From Gemmatimonadales bacterium (GTDB lineage: Bacteria > Gemmatimonadota > Gemmatimonadetes > Gemmatimonadales > GWC2-71-9), in the NCBI GenBank assembly GCA_038321865.1, contig JBBQFH010000002.1, positions 114,582 through 178,581 on the forward strand: a stretch of 64,000 nucleotides of DNA, written 5' to 3'. This document shows, piece after piece, positions 52,484 through 61,858 of the stretch. The notes under the pieces were generated by a model that saw only the letters and a program-made list of their open reading frames with translations, was not told where the DNA came from and did no database searches. How positions within the stretch are numbered: position 1 is the first letter of the stretch; every line of letters starts with the position of its first letter. The position numbers were made by a program, and so were the translations under genes.

Positions 52484-53824
52484 TCAGCACGCCGGCGCCA
52501 GCCGGCGGCGATCCAGCGTCCGATACTGGACCGCTTCGCCGACATGGGTGACACCCAGCTCTTCCTGGCCCGCGAGATCACCGATCGTCCGCGCGATCTT
52601 GAGCACGCGATGGTACGCGCGCGCCGAGAAGCCCAATTTCTGAATGGCGCCTCGAAGGAGGTCCTCCGCGTCCGGCGACATCCGACAGTGCTGCCGCAGA
52701 TCGCGCGGAAGCATGTGCGCATTGGCGTGGATGCCGGCACGATCGCGGAAGCGCAGCTGCTGGATGGCACGCGCCGCGACGACTCGCGATCTGATGGTCG
52801 CGCTCGGCTCCTCAGGGACGCCGGCCGCAAGGTCCCGGTAGGGAACGGCCGGGACAGACAGGTGAATATCGATGCGATCCATGAGCGGGCCGGAGACGCG
52901 AGACAGGTAGCGTTCCACAGCGAGGGCATCACAGCGGCATGCATGCGTCGGGTCGCCATGGTGGCCGCAGGGACATGGATTCATGGCCGCAGCCAGCATG
53001 AAGCGTGCAGGGAACGTCAGACTCATCGCCGCCCGGCTGAGCGTCACGACTCCATCCTCCATCGGCTGTCGCAGAACCTCCAGCACGTTTTTGCGGAATT
53101 CGGGTAGCTCGTCCAGGAAGAGGACGCCGCCGTGGGCCAGGCTCACTTCACCAGGGCGAGGCCAGGAGCCGCCCCCGATCAGGCCGGCATCGCTGATCGT
53201 GTGATGCGGGGCGCGGAACGGCCGGACCGATGCCAGCGAGTGGCCGGGCGGCAGCATCCCGGCGACGCTGTGCACCTTGGTTGTCTCGACTGCTTCGTCG
53301 AGTGTCATCCCCGGCAGAATGGTCGGCAGGCGCCGGGCCAGCATGGTTTTTCCGGCGCCTGGCGGACCGATCATGAGGACGTTGTGGGAACCGGCCGCTG
53401 CGACCTCCAGCGCGCGCTTCGCCGACGCCTGGCTTCGAACGTCCGCGAAGTCCGCATCATCCGGCGCCCGGCGGTCCAGCAGCCGGGCAAGATCGACGTG
53501 CGCCGGAGCGATAGGCCGGCTGCCGTCGAGATGGGCACACATGGCCTGCAGCGACCGCGCACCGCGAACCTCGAGCCCCTGCACCACCGCCGCCTCAGCC
53601 ACGTTTTCCACCGGTAGCAGCACGCCGGTGCAGCCCGCGGCCCTGGCGGCGAAGGCCATGGACAGAACGCCGCGGACCGGCCGAAGATCGCCCTCGAGGC
53701 CCACCTCGCCGAGCGCGGCCTCACCGTTCAGCGCAGAGGCGGCGAGCTGGCCACTGGCCACGAGGATCGCAAGCGCAATCGGCAGATCGAGCGCCGAGCC
53801 TTCCTTGCGAATGTCAGCCGGGGC
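52484..53824 (-). pseudogene. comM: ComM/YifB Mg-chelatase-like AAA+ ATPase, 5'-truncated by insertion
   Basis: APADIRKEGSALDLPIA, GPPGAGKTM, RAPHHT, RPGEVSLAH.GVLFLDE, SGPLMDRID. Homology stops at the conserved NLAPAD motif and the N-terminal ~60 aa are missing. Confidence 0.9.
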
Positions 53825-54104
53825 CGGATGAACGACACACCACATCTGGTGCACGTCTCGTGACCCGGCTGCTCCGGCTGCCGCCGGCCCGGACCCGCAC
53901 GCGGCGCGTTTCGGCCGATGGAGCGGCCTGAATGCCTCGCTACGCCGCGCGACCCTGCGTGCCGTCCCCAAGCCGCGCCCTACCCTGCGGAGCTCGCTCG
54001 CGCGGCGGCCGCTTGCAGTGCCGTGCTAGCAGCCGCGTACAAGGGACATGCCCGTCCGATAACTCCACTACAGGGCCAATGGCCCGATGCGACGAGGTAA
54101 CGCG

Positions 54105-54611
54105 ATGACGCGACCGATCAGGAAGGCGACGAAGCGAGGCACAAAGCGGAGGAAGGGTGGGCCGGGGAAAACAGCGGTGCAAACAACGGTGAAGGCGCCG
54201 GTGGTCGCTCCCTCGGCCAGGCTCGAGCTGATGCGCGGTGCCACCGAGAAAGTCCCCCAGCCGCACGGCGGTGCCCTGAGCACCGGTGGGACCCCGGGCA
54301 ATCGCGGCGGCTTGGGCCGGCCGTCCTCGGCCGTCCGTGCGCTCGCCACGCTTGAATTCGACAAGCGGATCCCGATCCTCTGCGCCATCGCCGATGGCGT
54401 GCTCACCGAGACGCACGTGCTTCGGGACGGCACGCGCATCGAGGTCGGCCCGAGCCTGCGTGAGCAGATGCGGGCCATCGTGGCGCTGGCGATGATCGGC
54501 ATGGGCACGCGCGTCGAGGTGGACCCTGCGCCCACCGCCGGCTGGAATCTGTCGTTCACGGTCGCGCCCGCGCACCCCGCGGTCGCGGCCTCCCCCGCCC
54601 CAGCCGCATGA
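54105..54611 (+). CDS. Terminase small-subunit-like / DUF5681-like protein
   Basis: Basic N-terminus; GTPGNRGGLGRP motif followed by a helical segment. Confidence 0.45.
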   Translation: MTRPIRKATKRGTKRRKGGPGKTAVQTTVKAPVVAPSARLELMRGATEKVPQPHGGALSTGGTPGNRGGLGRPSSAVRALATLEFDKRIPILCAIADGVLTETHVLRDGTRIEVGPSLREQMRAIVALAMIGMGTRVEVDPAPTAGWNLSFTVAPAHPAVAASPAPAA

Positions 54612-54642
54612 CGGCCCCTGCCTTTCACCCCTGGAGGTCCTG

Positions 54643-55914
54643 ATGTCTCGTTTCTCTCCCACCGTCCGGCCGGAATACTACGGCCCGCAAAATCCCGGCA
54701 GTGCCATCGCCGGCGCCATTGAAGACTTTCGCCAGGCGAGGCGCCAGGAGAAGGCCGACGCCGAGGGCGACACGCAGCTCGACCTCGCGCGCTACCGGGC
54801 GGGCTGGCGGCCGGGCCACGCGCCCGAGGACCCGGACCAGGTACCGACGTACGAGGCGGATCAGGCGGGACACGCGGTCACGAGCGTAGCCGACGCGATC
54901 GCACGCGGTCGATCAAGGGGCCAGGCCGGCCCCTCGCCGCTCGGCACCGGCCAGCCGGGGCGCGACACCGATCCGGGGATGAACCCGCCGGTCGGCATCC
55001 CGCAGCCGGTGCCCAACGCCGGTGCGGCCGCGCCGGCGACGAGTCGTCAGCGGCTTGGCATGCTGGAGCCTGGCACGCTCATCCATGCGGCCGGGACGAA
55101 GTTCTACGCGCTCCCGCACGGCGGCTACGTGGACGAGTCGGCCACGCCCGAGGCGCGGGCGGAATCCAGCTACCAAGCGCACACCGCCGACGAGCGGCAG
55201 TACCAGGGGCGCGTCCGGCAGGAAGGGTACGCGCACCAGGACACGCACGACGAGCACCTGCTCGATCGGCAGAACGCCGCGGATCGCGGGCGCATGGTGC
55301 TCGAGGGCCAGCGCGAGGACGCCCGCGGCTCGCTGGCGCGCGACCTCGAGCGGATGCGCGGCGAGTACGGCGTGAAGGAAGCGGGTATCCGGGCGAACGC
55401 CACGGTGGGCGCGGCCGGGATCCGGCACACCGGTGCGGCGGGCACCGCGGATCCCGCGAGCCCCAAGGCGCTGACGGAGCACTTCCGGATGAACGAGCGG
55501 CAGCAGGCCGGCGCCGCGGCCCAGCTTCGGCAGGTGCAGCGCGACGCGGAGAACGCCTACGGCGAGTCGTCGGATGATTCGACGGCCACGCGCCTCCAGC
55601 GGCGCGCGGACCAGCTACAGGGGCGTGTGGACTCGCTGAGCACGGTCGGCGATCTGATTGCCGCCGCGCGCGGTGGGGACCCTGACGCGATCGCGGAAGT
55701 CCGCGCAACGGCGGATCCCTCGGACCCGACGCTCGGCGCCGCGCGGCCGTCGCTTGACCTTCCCGGCTACAAGGCCGCGGTGGCGAAGCTCGAGGTGGCG
55801 CGGAAGGCCGCGCTCGCCAAGGGCCACCCGGCGGACGTGGTGGCGCGCGCCTACCAGCAGGACATGGTCAAGGTGATCCGGAAGTACGATCCGGCCGCGG
55901 CCGGCGGCCGGTAG
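54643..55914 (+). CDS. Hypothetical phage-like protein (possible DNA-ejection/internal virion protein)
   Basis: GGAGG SD; 423 aa Ala/Gln/Gly-rich; AGIRANATVGAAGI-type segment. Confidence 0.5.
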   Translation: MSRFSPTVRPEYYGPQNPGSAIAGAIEDFRQARRQEKADAEGDTQLDLARYRAGWRPGHAPEDPDQVPTYEADQAGHAVTSVADAIARGRSRGQAGPSPLGTGQPGRDTDPGMNPPVGIPQPVPNAGAAAPATSRQRLGMLEPGTLIHAAGTKFYALPHGGYVDESATPEARAESSYQAHTADERQYQGRVRQEGYAHQDTHDEHLLDRQNAADRGRMVLEGQREDARGSLARDLERMRGEYGVKEAGIRANATVGAAGIRHTGAAGTADPASPKALTEHFRMNERQQAGAAAQLRQVQRDAENAYGESSDDSTATRLQRRADQLQGRVDSLSTVGDLIAAARGGDPDAIAEVRATADPSDPTLGAARPSLDLPGYKAAVAKLEVARKAALAKGHPADVVARAYQQDMVKVIRKYDPAAAGGR

Positions 55915-55956
55915 TCTGCGCCGGCGCCGGTCCGCCGAGGGCGAGGGACCGCGCTG

Positions 55957-56475
55957 ATGCCGGCGACGATTCCCGTCCCCGCTGAGGACGAGGAACAGCG
56001 GGCGCTGATGCAGTGGGCGGCCCTCGCCGCGACGCAGACCCCTGCCCTCAGACTGCTCTTCCACATTCCGAACGGCGGCGCCCGCCATCCCGTCGTGGGC
56101 GCCAAGCTGAAGGCGCTGGGCGTCAAAGCCGGATTCCCCGACCTCGGGCTCCCGGTGGCGCGCGGGGGCTACCACGGCCTCTACGTCGAGTTGAAGCGCC
56201 GCGGTGGTGGCACGACTGGCGCGACGCAGACGGCCTGGCACGCCGCCCTCCTGGCCGAGGGCTATGCGGTGGAGGTGTGCCACGGCTGGCTGGCAGCGCG
56301 GACCTGCCTCCTCCGGTATCTCGCGCTACCGAAGGTCAGCTCACGCCAGGCAGGTGGAGCGAACGGACATCATCCCCGCTGCGCTGGCCCGCCGCGTCAG
56401 GTGGGCGGGCTCCCGGACCGCGCCGCGCCGCTCGGCCAGTTGCGCGGCCGGCGTCGCGGGCCGATGTTCGGCTAG
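55957..56475 (+). CDS. VRR-NUC domain nuclease
   Basis: E..EQ..L..W, FHIPNGG.R, GVKAGFPDL, LYVELK, Q..W...L...GY. Confidence 0.9.
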   Translation: MPATIPVPAEDEEQRALMQWAALAATQTPALRLLFHIPNGGARHPVVGAKLKALGVKAGFPDLGLPVARGGYHGLYVELKRRGGGTTGATQTAWHAALLAEGYAVEVCHGWLAARTCLLRYLALPKVSSRQAGGANGHHPRCAGPPRQVGGLPDRAAPLGQLRGRRRGPMFG

Positions 56476-56511
56476 CGGCGTCTCGCCGCACGGCCACGAC
56501 GGAGGGATCGC

Positions 56512-56790
56512 ATGCCAGACTTTAAGCCCGTGTACCTGGCCGCCCTGAAGGATCGCCAGCCGGAGGAGTACGCCCACCTCGAGCGGAGCGGGGAGCTCGA
56601 CGCCCAAGCGGAGCAGATGGCGGAGCGGGCGCTGGACCAGTGGCAAACACTGCTGGCGCAGATGCGGCGTCGGGACCCCGGCCCGGCGAGCGCACCGATG
56701 CGGGCGCAGCACCTGGCGGTGCTCGGGAGTCAGGCGGAGGAGCTCGCCATTGAGGACCTTCTTCCATCGATCGAAATGAGCGGTAACTAG
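56512..56790 (+). CDS. TnpV-like protein
   Basis: YL..LK...P..Y..L..SGEL, A.......L..QM, QAEEL..EDL match the TnpV pattern as recalled; GGAGG SD. Confidence 0.55.
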   Translation: MPDFKPVYLAALKDRQPEEYAHLERSGELDAQAEQMAERALDQWQTLLAQMRRRDPGPASAPMRAQHLAVLGSQAEELAIEDLLPSIEMSGN

Positions 56791-56856
56791 ACTCCGTGCG
56801 GCGAGCCACGAGGGCGACGCGCGCGTTGGCATCGGCCAGGACGAGGAGGTGGTCGC

Positions 56857-57048
56857 GTGAACCGCCCGCCGGCCCGCCGTTGGACGCTACCCGAAGGCCG
56901 AGCGTTGCAGCCCCTTATTGAGCTGCGACTCGTCACCCGGACGATGCCGACCGAGCACGTGACGGAGCCGGCCGCATGGACAGCGGTCGAACGAACAGCG
57001 GAAGGACGGCGTCCGACCCGCCCGGTCCGTCCCCGCGGGTTCGACTAG
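56857..57048 (+). CDS. Small hypothetical protein
   Basis: AGGAGG SD before GTG; 63 aa. Confidence 0.35.
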   Translation: MNRPPARRWTLPEGRALQPLIELRLVTRTMPTEHVTEPAAWTAVERTAEGRRPTRPVRPRGFD

Positions 57049-57067
57049 ATGGGGCTGCCACCCGGAG

Positions 57068-57919
57068 CTACCGGATGAATGTCTTCACCTTGAGCAGCGG
57101 GCTCCGTGGGATGAATTCCTCGAGCTCCGGCATTCGGTCACGGATCATCGCCAGGAGGAGCTCGATCCGCGTGGTCATGAGGCACTTCCTGTAAGCCTGC
57201 GGCCGCTCGGTAAAGATGCTGACGAGTTTCGGCCGGTTCGTTTCGGAATAGGTGTGCAGCGGGTTGACGCGCCATACCCCACCGCCGCTCATACCAATAA
57301 AGCTCGGCGGTTCGCCCTTGCCATGGGGTCCGGTGATCTCCCTTGGAATGAATTTCAGCGCGAGATGAGACTCGGGCTTCACTTTGCAGCGCGTGTAGGT
57401 GGTGGCGCCGGCCGGCAGGGTCAACAGTCTCGTGGCCGGGACGCGGTAGCTGTACGCGCTGCGGTTTGGAATCGCGTCACGCGCCGTGTACCCCACCAGC
57501 AAGTAGGGCGCGGTCCGCGCGGCGGACTCTTGTGGGGCCAGGTCGAAGCGGCTCAGGAAGCGGTGCGCACCGATCGCCGTTACCTGCTCAGCCGTCAGGA
57601 CCGAGTAGCCGAGGTCGAATGGATCGTAGCTCCGGATGGTGCCTACCCTTGGGCTGGTCAGGACGTGGTCCTGCGTCAGCGACAGGTCGCCGTATTCAGG
57701 GATGATTGCGCACGCACCGGTCCGCAGTGCATCAAACACGTGCGCCGCTGAGATCAGGAAATAGACCTTACCGATCCGGAGCAGCACGCCCGTGCCCTCG
57801 AATTCCGGCTGCAGAGTTGTATTGATCGAGAAGATCGGGAGCGTATGCGGCAGGATAAGCTCGAGCGCCTGCTCAGCGGTCTGTTGCGCGAGATCAGTCG
57901 ACGAGGATAGCCATGACAT
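57068..57919 (-). CDS. Trypsin-like serine protease (no signal peptide; start may be 57961)
   Basis: GTGVL, ISAAHV, D, GMSGGGVW catalytic triad motifs. Confidence 0.8.
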   Translation of the reverse strand: MSWLSSSTDLAQQTAEQALELILPHTLPIFSINTTLQPEFEGTGVLLRIGKVYFLISAAHVFDALRTGACAIIPEYGDLSLTQDHVLTSPRVGTIRSYDPFDLGYSVLTAEQVTAIGAHRFLSRFDLAPQESAARTAPYLLVGYTARDAIPNRSAYSYRVPATRLLTLPAGATTYTRCKVKPESHLALKFIPREITGPHGKGEPPSFIGMSGGGVWRVNPLHTYSETNRPKLVSIFTERPQAYRKCLMTTRIELLLAMIRDRMPELEEFIPRSPLLKVKTFIR

Positions 57920-58072
57920 GGTCACTTGGGGTCGCGGCCCAGGTCTGAGGTTCAGATCCACTTACATCATGGCAATTTAACCTCACCTGTGGCCACTGAC
58001 AGTCCTGTGCACCTGCGGCCATTTCACCGTGTGTGTGGATCGGCTGCCCCGACCGCCGGCCGACTGACTGTC

Positions 58073-58102
58073 TTGCGACAGACAATCACCGGACGGTAGT
58101 TT
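58073..58102 (+). promoter_or_regulatory. Putative promoter
   Basis: TTGCGA-18nt-TAGTTT; the -35 sits inside a CTGTC..GACAG inverted repeat. Confidence 0.4.
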
Positions 58103-58151
58103 GTAGTCTTCGTAGGGCAACCCGAACGACCGATATTACCTAGGGCACTCG

Positions 58152-58185
58152 GCCCCCTAAGTCACGGCGACTCGGGGGGCTTTTT
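58152..58185 (+). terminator. Intrinsic terminator
   Basis: GCCCCCTAAGTC-ACGGC-GACTCGGGGGGC-TTTTT. Confidence 0.75.
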
Positions 58186-58250
58186 GATCGTCGTGCTTTT
58201 GCTCCCCCTCGTGGAGTGCGTGGGCGTCTTCATTTTCCGGGCGGAGCGCC

Positions 58251-58484
58251 ATGGGCATCAAGTCGTACCGCGTGCAGGTTGAGCGGACGCGGCAGGGCGT
58301 ACATTGGTTACTGGCGCCTGATATCCCGAGCACGGATCCGACAATAGCGGGCGAGCAGCGCTACCCGCGCCAGGGTTACCTAGGCCGGAGGGAGGCTTAG
58401 ATCATCAACCTTGAAAACGCCTTGCGCGTCCTGATCATCACGGTCGAATGGACGGGCGAGAAGCCGGAAGACCCCGATGTCTAA
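58251..58484 (+). pseudogene. Decayed DUF4258/RelE-like toxin, in-frame TAG at 58398-58400
   Basis: Frame continues ...GRREA*IINLENALRVLIITVEW...DV*, overlapping the ATG of the DUF2283 gene. Confidence 0.5.
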
Positions 58485-58908
58485 GCGGAACGCGATGCGG
58501 ATCACCTACAGCGCGGAGGCCGACGCGTTGTCGGTCGAGCTCGTGCCCGACGCCAGCGCCACTCGCATGGTGAAGATCGCACCTGACGCCAACGCGGACC
58601 TGGACAGCCGCGGCCGCCTGGTCTCGATCGAGATCCTGCAGGCGAGTGCGTACTATGATCGCGCGGTCCTGGACCAGCTCGCCGCGACCAGCGACGAGAT
58701 CACGCTCGTCGAGGCCGCCGAAGAGAGCGGATTGGCGCTGACGACGCTTCGGAATCAGATCCGCGCGGGGAAGCTCACCGGCGTCAAGCGGGGACGGGAT
58801 TGGTTCGTCGAGCGAGCCGAGCTGTGGAACTACCTCGAGCGGCGGGGGGCAGCTGGCCGCCCGTCGAACGCCGAGCGGGTCTCGGCACGGCAGCGAGCGG
58901 GCCGGTAG
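58477..58908 (+). CDS. DUF2283 antitoxin-like domain fused to an excisionase-type HTH
   Basis: MRITYS.EADAL.V.L...DLD..GRLV.IEIL.AS; then TL.EAA...G....TLR..I..G.L...K.GR.W. Confidence 0.85.
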   Translation: MSKRNAMRITYSAEADALSVELVPDASATRMVKIAPDANADLDSRGRLVSIEILQASAYYDRAVLDQLAATSDEITLVEAAEESGLALTTLRNQIRAGKLTGVKRGRDWFVERAELWNYLERRGAAGRPSNAERVSARQRAGR

Positions 58909-58957
58909 GCGTACGCCCGTCCGGACTGTCGTCTCGACCTGGCTGCGCATCTCCGCT

Positions 58958-60121
58958 TTAACCTGCCGGCGGGGACCTTTTCTGTCGAGACGCGCCGGAG
59001 CGACGCTTCACTCGCGGTCGCTCGCGCGGCGGCCGCTCCGCTTCGACCGCCTTGTGTGCGGTGATGAAACCCTCGACGCAGCGGCGGGCGATCGTCGCTA
59101 CTGCGTTCATTTGCACAACGAAATCCATGCTGCGTCGGTGGAGCCCGAGCGACCCCGTGATCTGCGCCAGGCTAATCGCTGTATTCTGCCCCGGATCAGC
59201 CAAACCCACATTGCTCGCTCCCGCGAGCATGACGACCCTGCCATGTTCTGCTTCGAGGCCGATCGGGCTGAGCCCGGATGCACCGCCATGCACGCGGTCG
59301 CTCGCCCATTTATAGTACGGGCGGAAGTGTGTCAGCTGCGCCTTGGCTTCCACGTCGGTGAATTTCGGACGCGACTTCCCGGTTAACTTAGCCGCCCAGC
59401 CCCAGTCGTTCCCGAAATCCTGTCCATATCTGGCTTGTAGCTCCCTGAGTCTCGCTTCATTTCGCGCGAGCACCGCTTTCCCAAGCGTCCGAAGCCCCAG
59501 CGGTCGGCGATTTTCTTCATAGATCTTTCCGCCCCGGTGCATTTGAGCTTCGGCGTGGGCCAAGTACCGAACTGCGAGATCGACCTCGCCATTCGCGATC
59601 ACGTTGATCACAACACTGAGCTCGTGAAGCGTGCGCCACCTAGCCAGCGCTCCGTCGGCAAACCCACCGCCGATAAGCTGAAGGATCTCAGCGCCTATCC
59701 TGCATGACCTGGCGTGCAACTGGCACAAAGCCTTGAATGTTGGATCGGCTGGATCGTAAGGAGACAGGTGGCCATCTCGTAGAAATGTGGCGCCCACATG
59801 TCGGTAGATCTCGAGGAGCAGCTCGAGTTGGTCGATCCCTGGACCCCACCGCTTCAATAACCTCGATTCGAAGCCACGCCGCTCCCGCCGCCGGTGTCGC
59901 AATATGTTCGGTTGCGTTTCGTAGAACGATTCCACAAGAGCTTCACTGGCCTGACGAATTGCTTCTGGGACGGCTCTGCGAACGCGGCGCCTGATCTCTG
60001 CCGCGTCCAGCGCCGACTCGCCTTTTCCCTCAAGGTGGTCTTCGAGGCTGCGACGAAGGATCTCGCCCAGCTCATCAACAAAGCGCTCTGGCTTCGGTTG
60101 CCGCCGCTTGGACCCTCCCAC
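58958..60121 (-). CDS. DUF5677 domain protein (HEPN-like helical)
   Basis: GFADGALARWRTLHEL, GWA, YY..AS..VH, GASN.GL.DP. Confidence 0.7.
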   Translation of the reverse strand: MGGSKRRQPKPERFVDELGEILRRSLEDHLEGKGESALDAAEIRRRVRRAVPEAIRQASEALVESFYETQPNILRHRRRERRGFESRLLKRWGPGIDQLELLLEIYRHVGATFLRDGHLSPYDPADPTFKALCQLHARSCRIGAEILQLIGGGFADGALARWRTLHELSVVINVIANGEVDLAVRYLAHAEAQMHRGGKIYEENRRPLGLRTLGKAVLARNEARLRELQARYGQDFGNDWGWAAKLTGKSRPKFTDVEAKAQLTHFRPYYKWASDRVHGGASGLSPIGLEAEHGRVVMLAGASNVGLADPGQNTAISLAQITGSLGLHRRSMDFVVQMNAVATIARRCVEGFITAHKAVEAERPPRERPRVKRRSGASRQKRSPPAG

Positions 60122-60122
60122 T

Positions 60123-60356
60123 CTATCGCACCCGCGGCTTTCGGTTCATCTCGACTTTCGACGGCGGCAGCATATCGAATGACGCGAGCTCCGCCCCCTC
60201 GAGCAGTGTCTCAGCCACCAGCCGGCGGAGCCCGGCGTCCCAGCAATCATAGAAGTCGTCGCTCATGCGCTTCGGGGCGTGCAGACGAGCGCCGCGAATC
60301 CATGCGGCGAGGCGTTGACGCTCGGTTGAAGGGGCAGCGGTATCGTTGGGCATCAC
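60123..60356 (-). CDS. Small hypothetical protein
   Basis: Ends 1 nt before the DUF5677 start. Confidence 0.4.
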   Translation of the reverse strand: MMPNDTAAPSTERQRLAAWIRGARLHAPKRMSDDFYDCWDAGLRRLVAETLLEGAELASFDMLPPSKVEMNRKPRVR

Positions 60357-60533
60357 TCACCTGGAGCGCGTCATGGAAGGCCAGTGCTGGCGCACGCCGC
60401 GCGAGGATAGTTCGCCGGAACCCGAGGCCGTGACGTCCCGTACCTGGTCGCGCCCCGCGGCGCTTCCACCGGCGCCTTCGATTGCCAATCCCTCCGGATC
60501 GACTTCAGGAAGCCGCGATGGAATCGCCGACGG

Positions 60534-61187
60534 CTAGGTCGGCTTGTTCCATAGATTTGCCGCGTCCTGTTTCCGCTTCGCCTCACGGCTTCGCTCAAGC
60601 TCGTCGGCGGCGATTCGCGACTCCTTCGCGAGATCCAGATAGTCCTTGAGTGCGGACCGGAGGGACGATGGCAAGCCGCTCCGCACCGCGACCCCGCCGC
60701 TGCCGTCGCCGACGAAGATGGGTGGACACTCGCCGTACGCCGACGGCCGATCCGCCAGAAACCCACCCCAAGGGCGCGGCAGCTCGTAACCATTGTCGGC
60801 AATGTACCCGAACGGCGCGAGCGTTCGCGCAAGCTCACCGCGAGCTCGTCGGATCGGTATCACGTACCAGTCCGCCGCAACAGCGTCGTTGGGATAGTTC
60901 GCGGAGAGGTGAAGCCAGATGTCCTTCCCGAAATGCTTCTCCGCGACCGCGAGAGCGCCGGATACAAGTTCGGCGACCGCCCGCTGTGCCCTCGCAACTC
61001 CCTTCTCGCCCAGCTTAAGCGTGACATCGTGCGATGCCGCTGCTTCGGTTGCCGCGCGCTCGGGAAACCATGTCGCCAGGTGGCGGGCGACCTCCGTGAG
61101 GATCACTCGCTGCTTCGCGTCCATTGCGTCTCGCAGTCGCGCAATGCTCGCCCGGTGCTTCTCGATATCCGCTTCGTATGTTGCCAT
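60534..61187 (-). CDS. Hypothetical protein, coiled-coil ends
   Basis: GGGAG SD; 217 aa with protein-like composition. Confidence 0.65.
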   Translation of the reverse strand: MATYEADIEKHRASIARLRDAMDAKQRVILTEVARHLATWFPERAATEAAASHDVTLKLGEKGVARAQRAVAELVSGALAVAEKHFGKDIWLHLSANYPNDAVAADWYVIPIRRARGELARTLAPFGYIADNGYELPRPWGGFLADRPSAYGECPPIFVGDGSGGVAVRSGLPSSLRSALKDYLDLAKESRIAADELERSREAKRKQDAANLWNKPT

Positions 61188-61292
61188 CTCCCGCGACCTT
61201 TCAGAATTCTCGAAACTGTCATTCGGAACAGTGTCGGGACCCGCTGGCGCCGCGCGTTAGTACTAAGCCACTCCCCGACGACGAGGCGATTG

Positions 61293-61754
61293 ATGCACGA
61301 CGCCGCTGAGCTGGCCGAGCCGTCCGCGCTCGCGCTCGCATACGCCGAGAGCCTAACTGTGCAGCCGGCCTTGCTCGACTGGTCCGATGCGATGGACACC
61401 AAGCTCATCGCGATCTTCAGCGTCTCGTCCGTCATCGTCACGCTCGTCCCGACGCTCGGCCCGGCGGGCCTGGCGAGCTCGCGCCTGTGGCTGGCCGCGC
61501 TCGCCGCTTGGGGGTTCGCGGCGTATTTCTGCTGTGCGGCGCTCATGCCGCGGAGCCTCCAGGTTGGGCCGGACCCGGGCAAACTCCTGGGCGATGATTG
61601 GCTCAGCCTCTCTGCCCCGGCGTTTCTGCGTGCGCGACTGACGTACATGGCCGAGGCTTACAACGAGAACGTCCCCGTGCTGGTGCAGAAGGCGGGCCGC
61701 ATCCGGCGCGCGCTGCTCGCCACCGCCGTCGCTCATCGTGCGAGACTCCGGTAG
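61293..61754 (+). CDS. Pycsar-effector-like TM protein, C-terminally truncated
   Basis: DTK + TM1 + TM2 + L.PR ... K...I..AL; runs into a repeat before the expected last TM. Confidence 0.5.
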   Translation: MHDAAELAEPSALALAYAESLTVQPALLDWSDAMDTKLIAIFSVSSVIVTLVPTLGPAGLASSRLWLAALAAWGFAAYFCCAALMPRSLQVGPDPGKLLGDDWLSLSAPAFLRARLTYMAEAYNENVPVLVQKAGRIRRALLATAVAHRARLR

Positions 61755-61858
61755 CACCTTCCGCACTGACCGTACCAGTCCGTCATACTCCATCTGAAAG
61801 AGTTCGGCGACGAGCAGATCGAACGCCGGCCTTCGGATGCAACGGTCACAGTGGGCGA
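61731..61858 (-). repeat. Degenerate copy of the small wHTH-like ORF (repeat copy 1)
   Basis: 61731-61831 aligns ungapped to 63014-63114 with 14 mismatches in 101 nt; 61846-61858 matches 63187-63199 at 12/13. Confidence 0.9.

Noticed and set aside
53825..53900. Tn7-like (AbaR-type) end in comM
   Set aside because: No terminal TGT or repeated TnsB-binding sites are visible at the junction.
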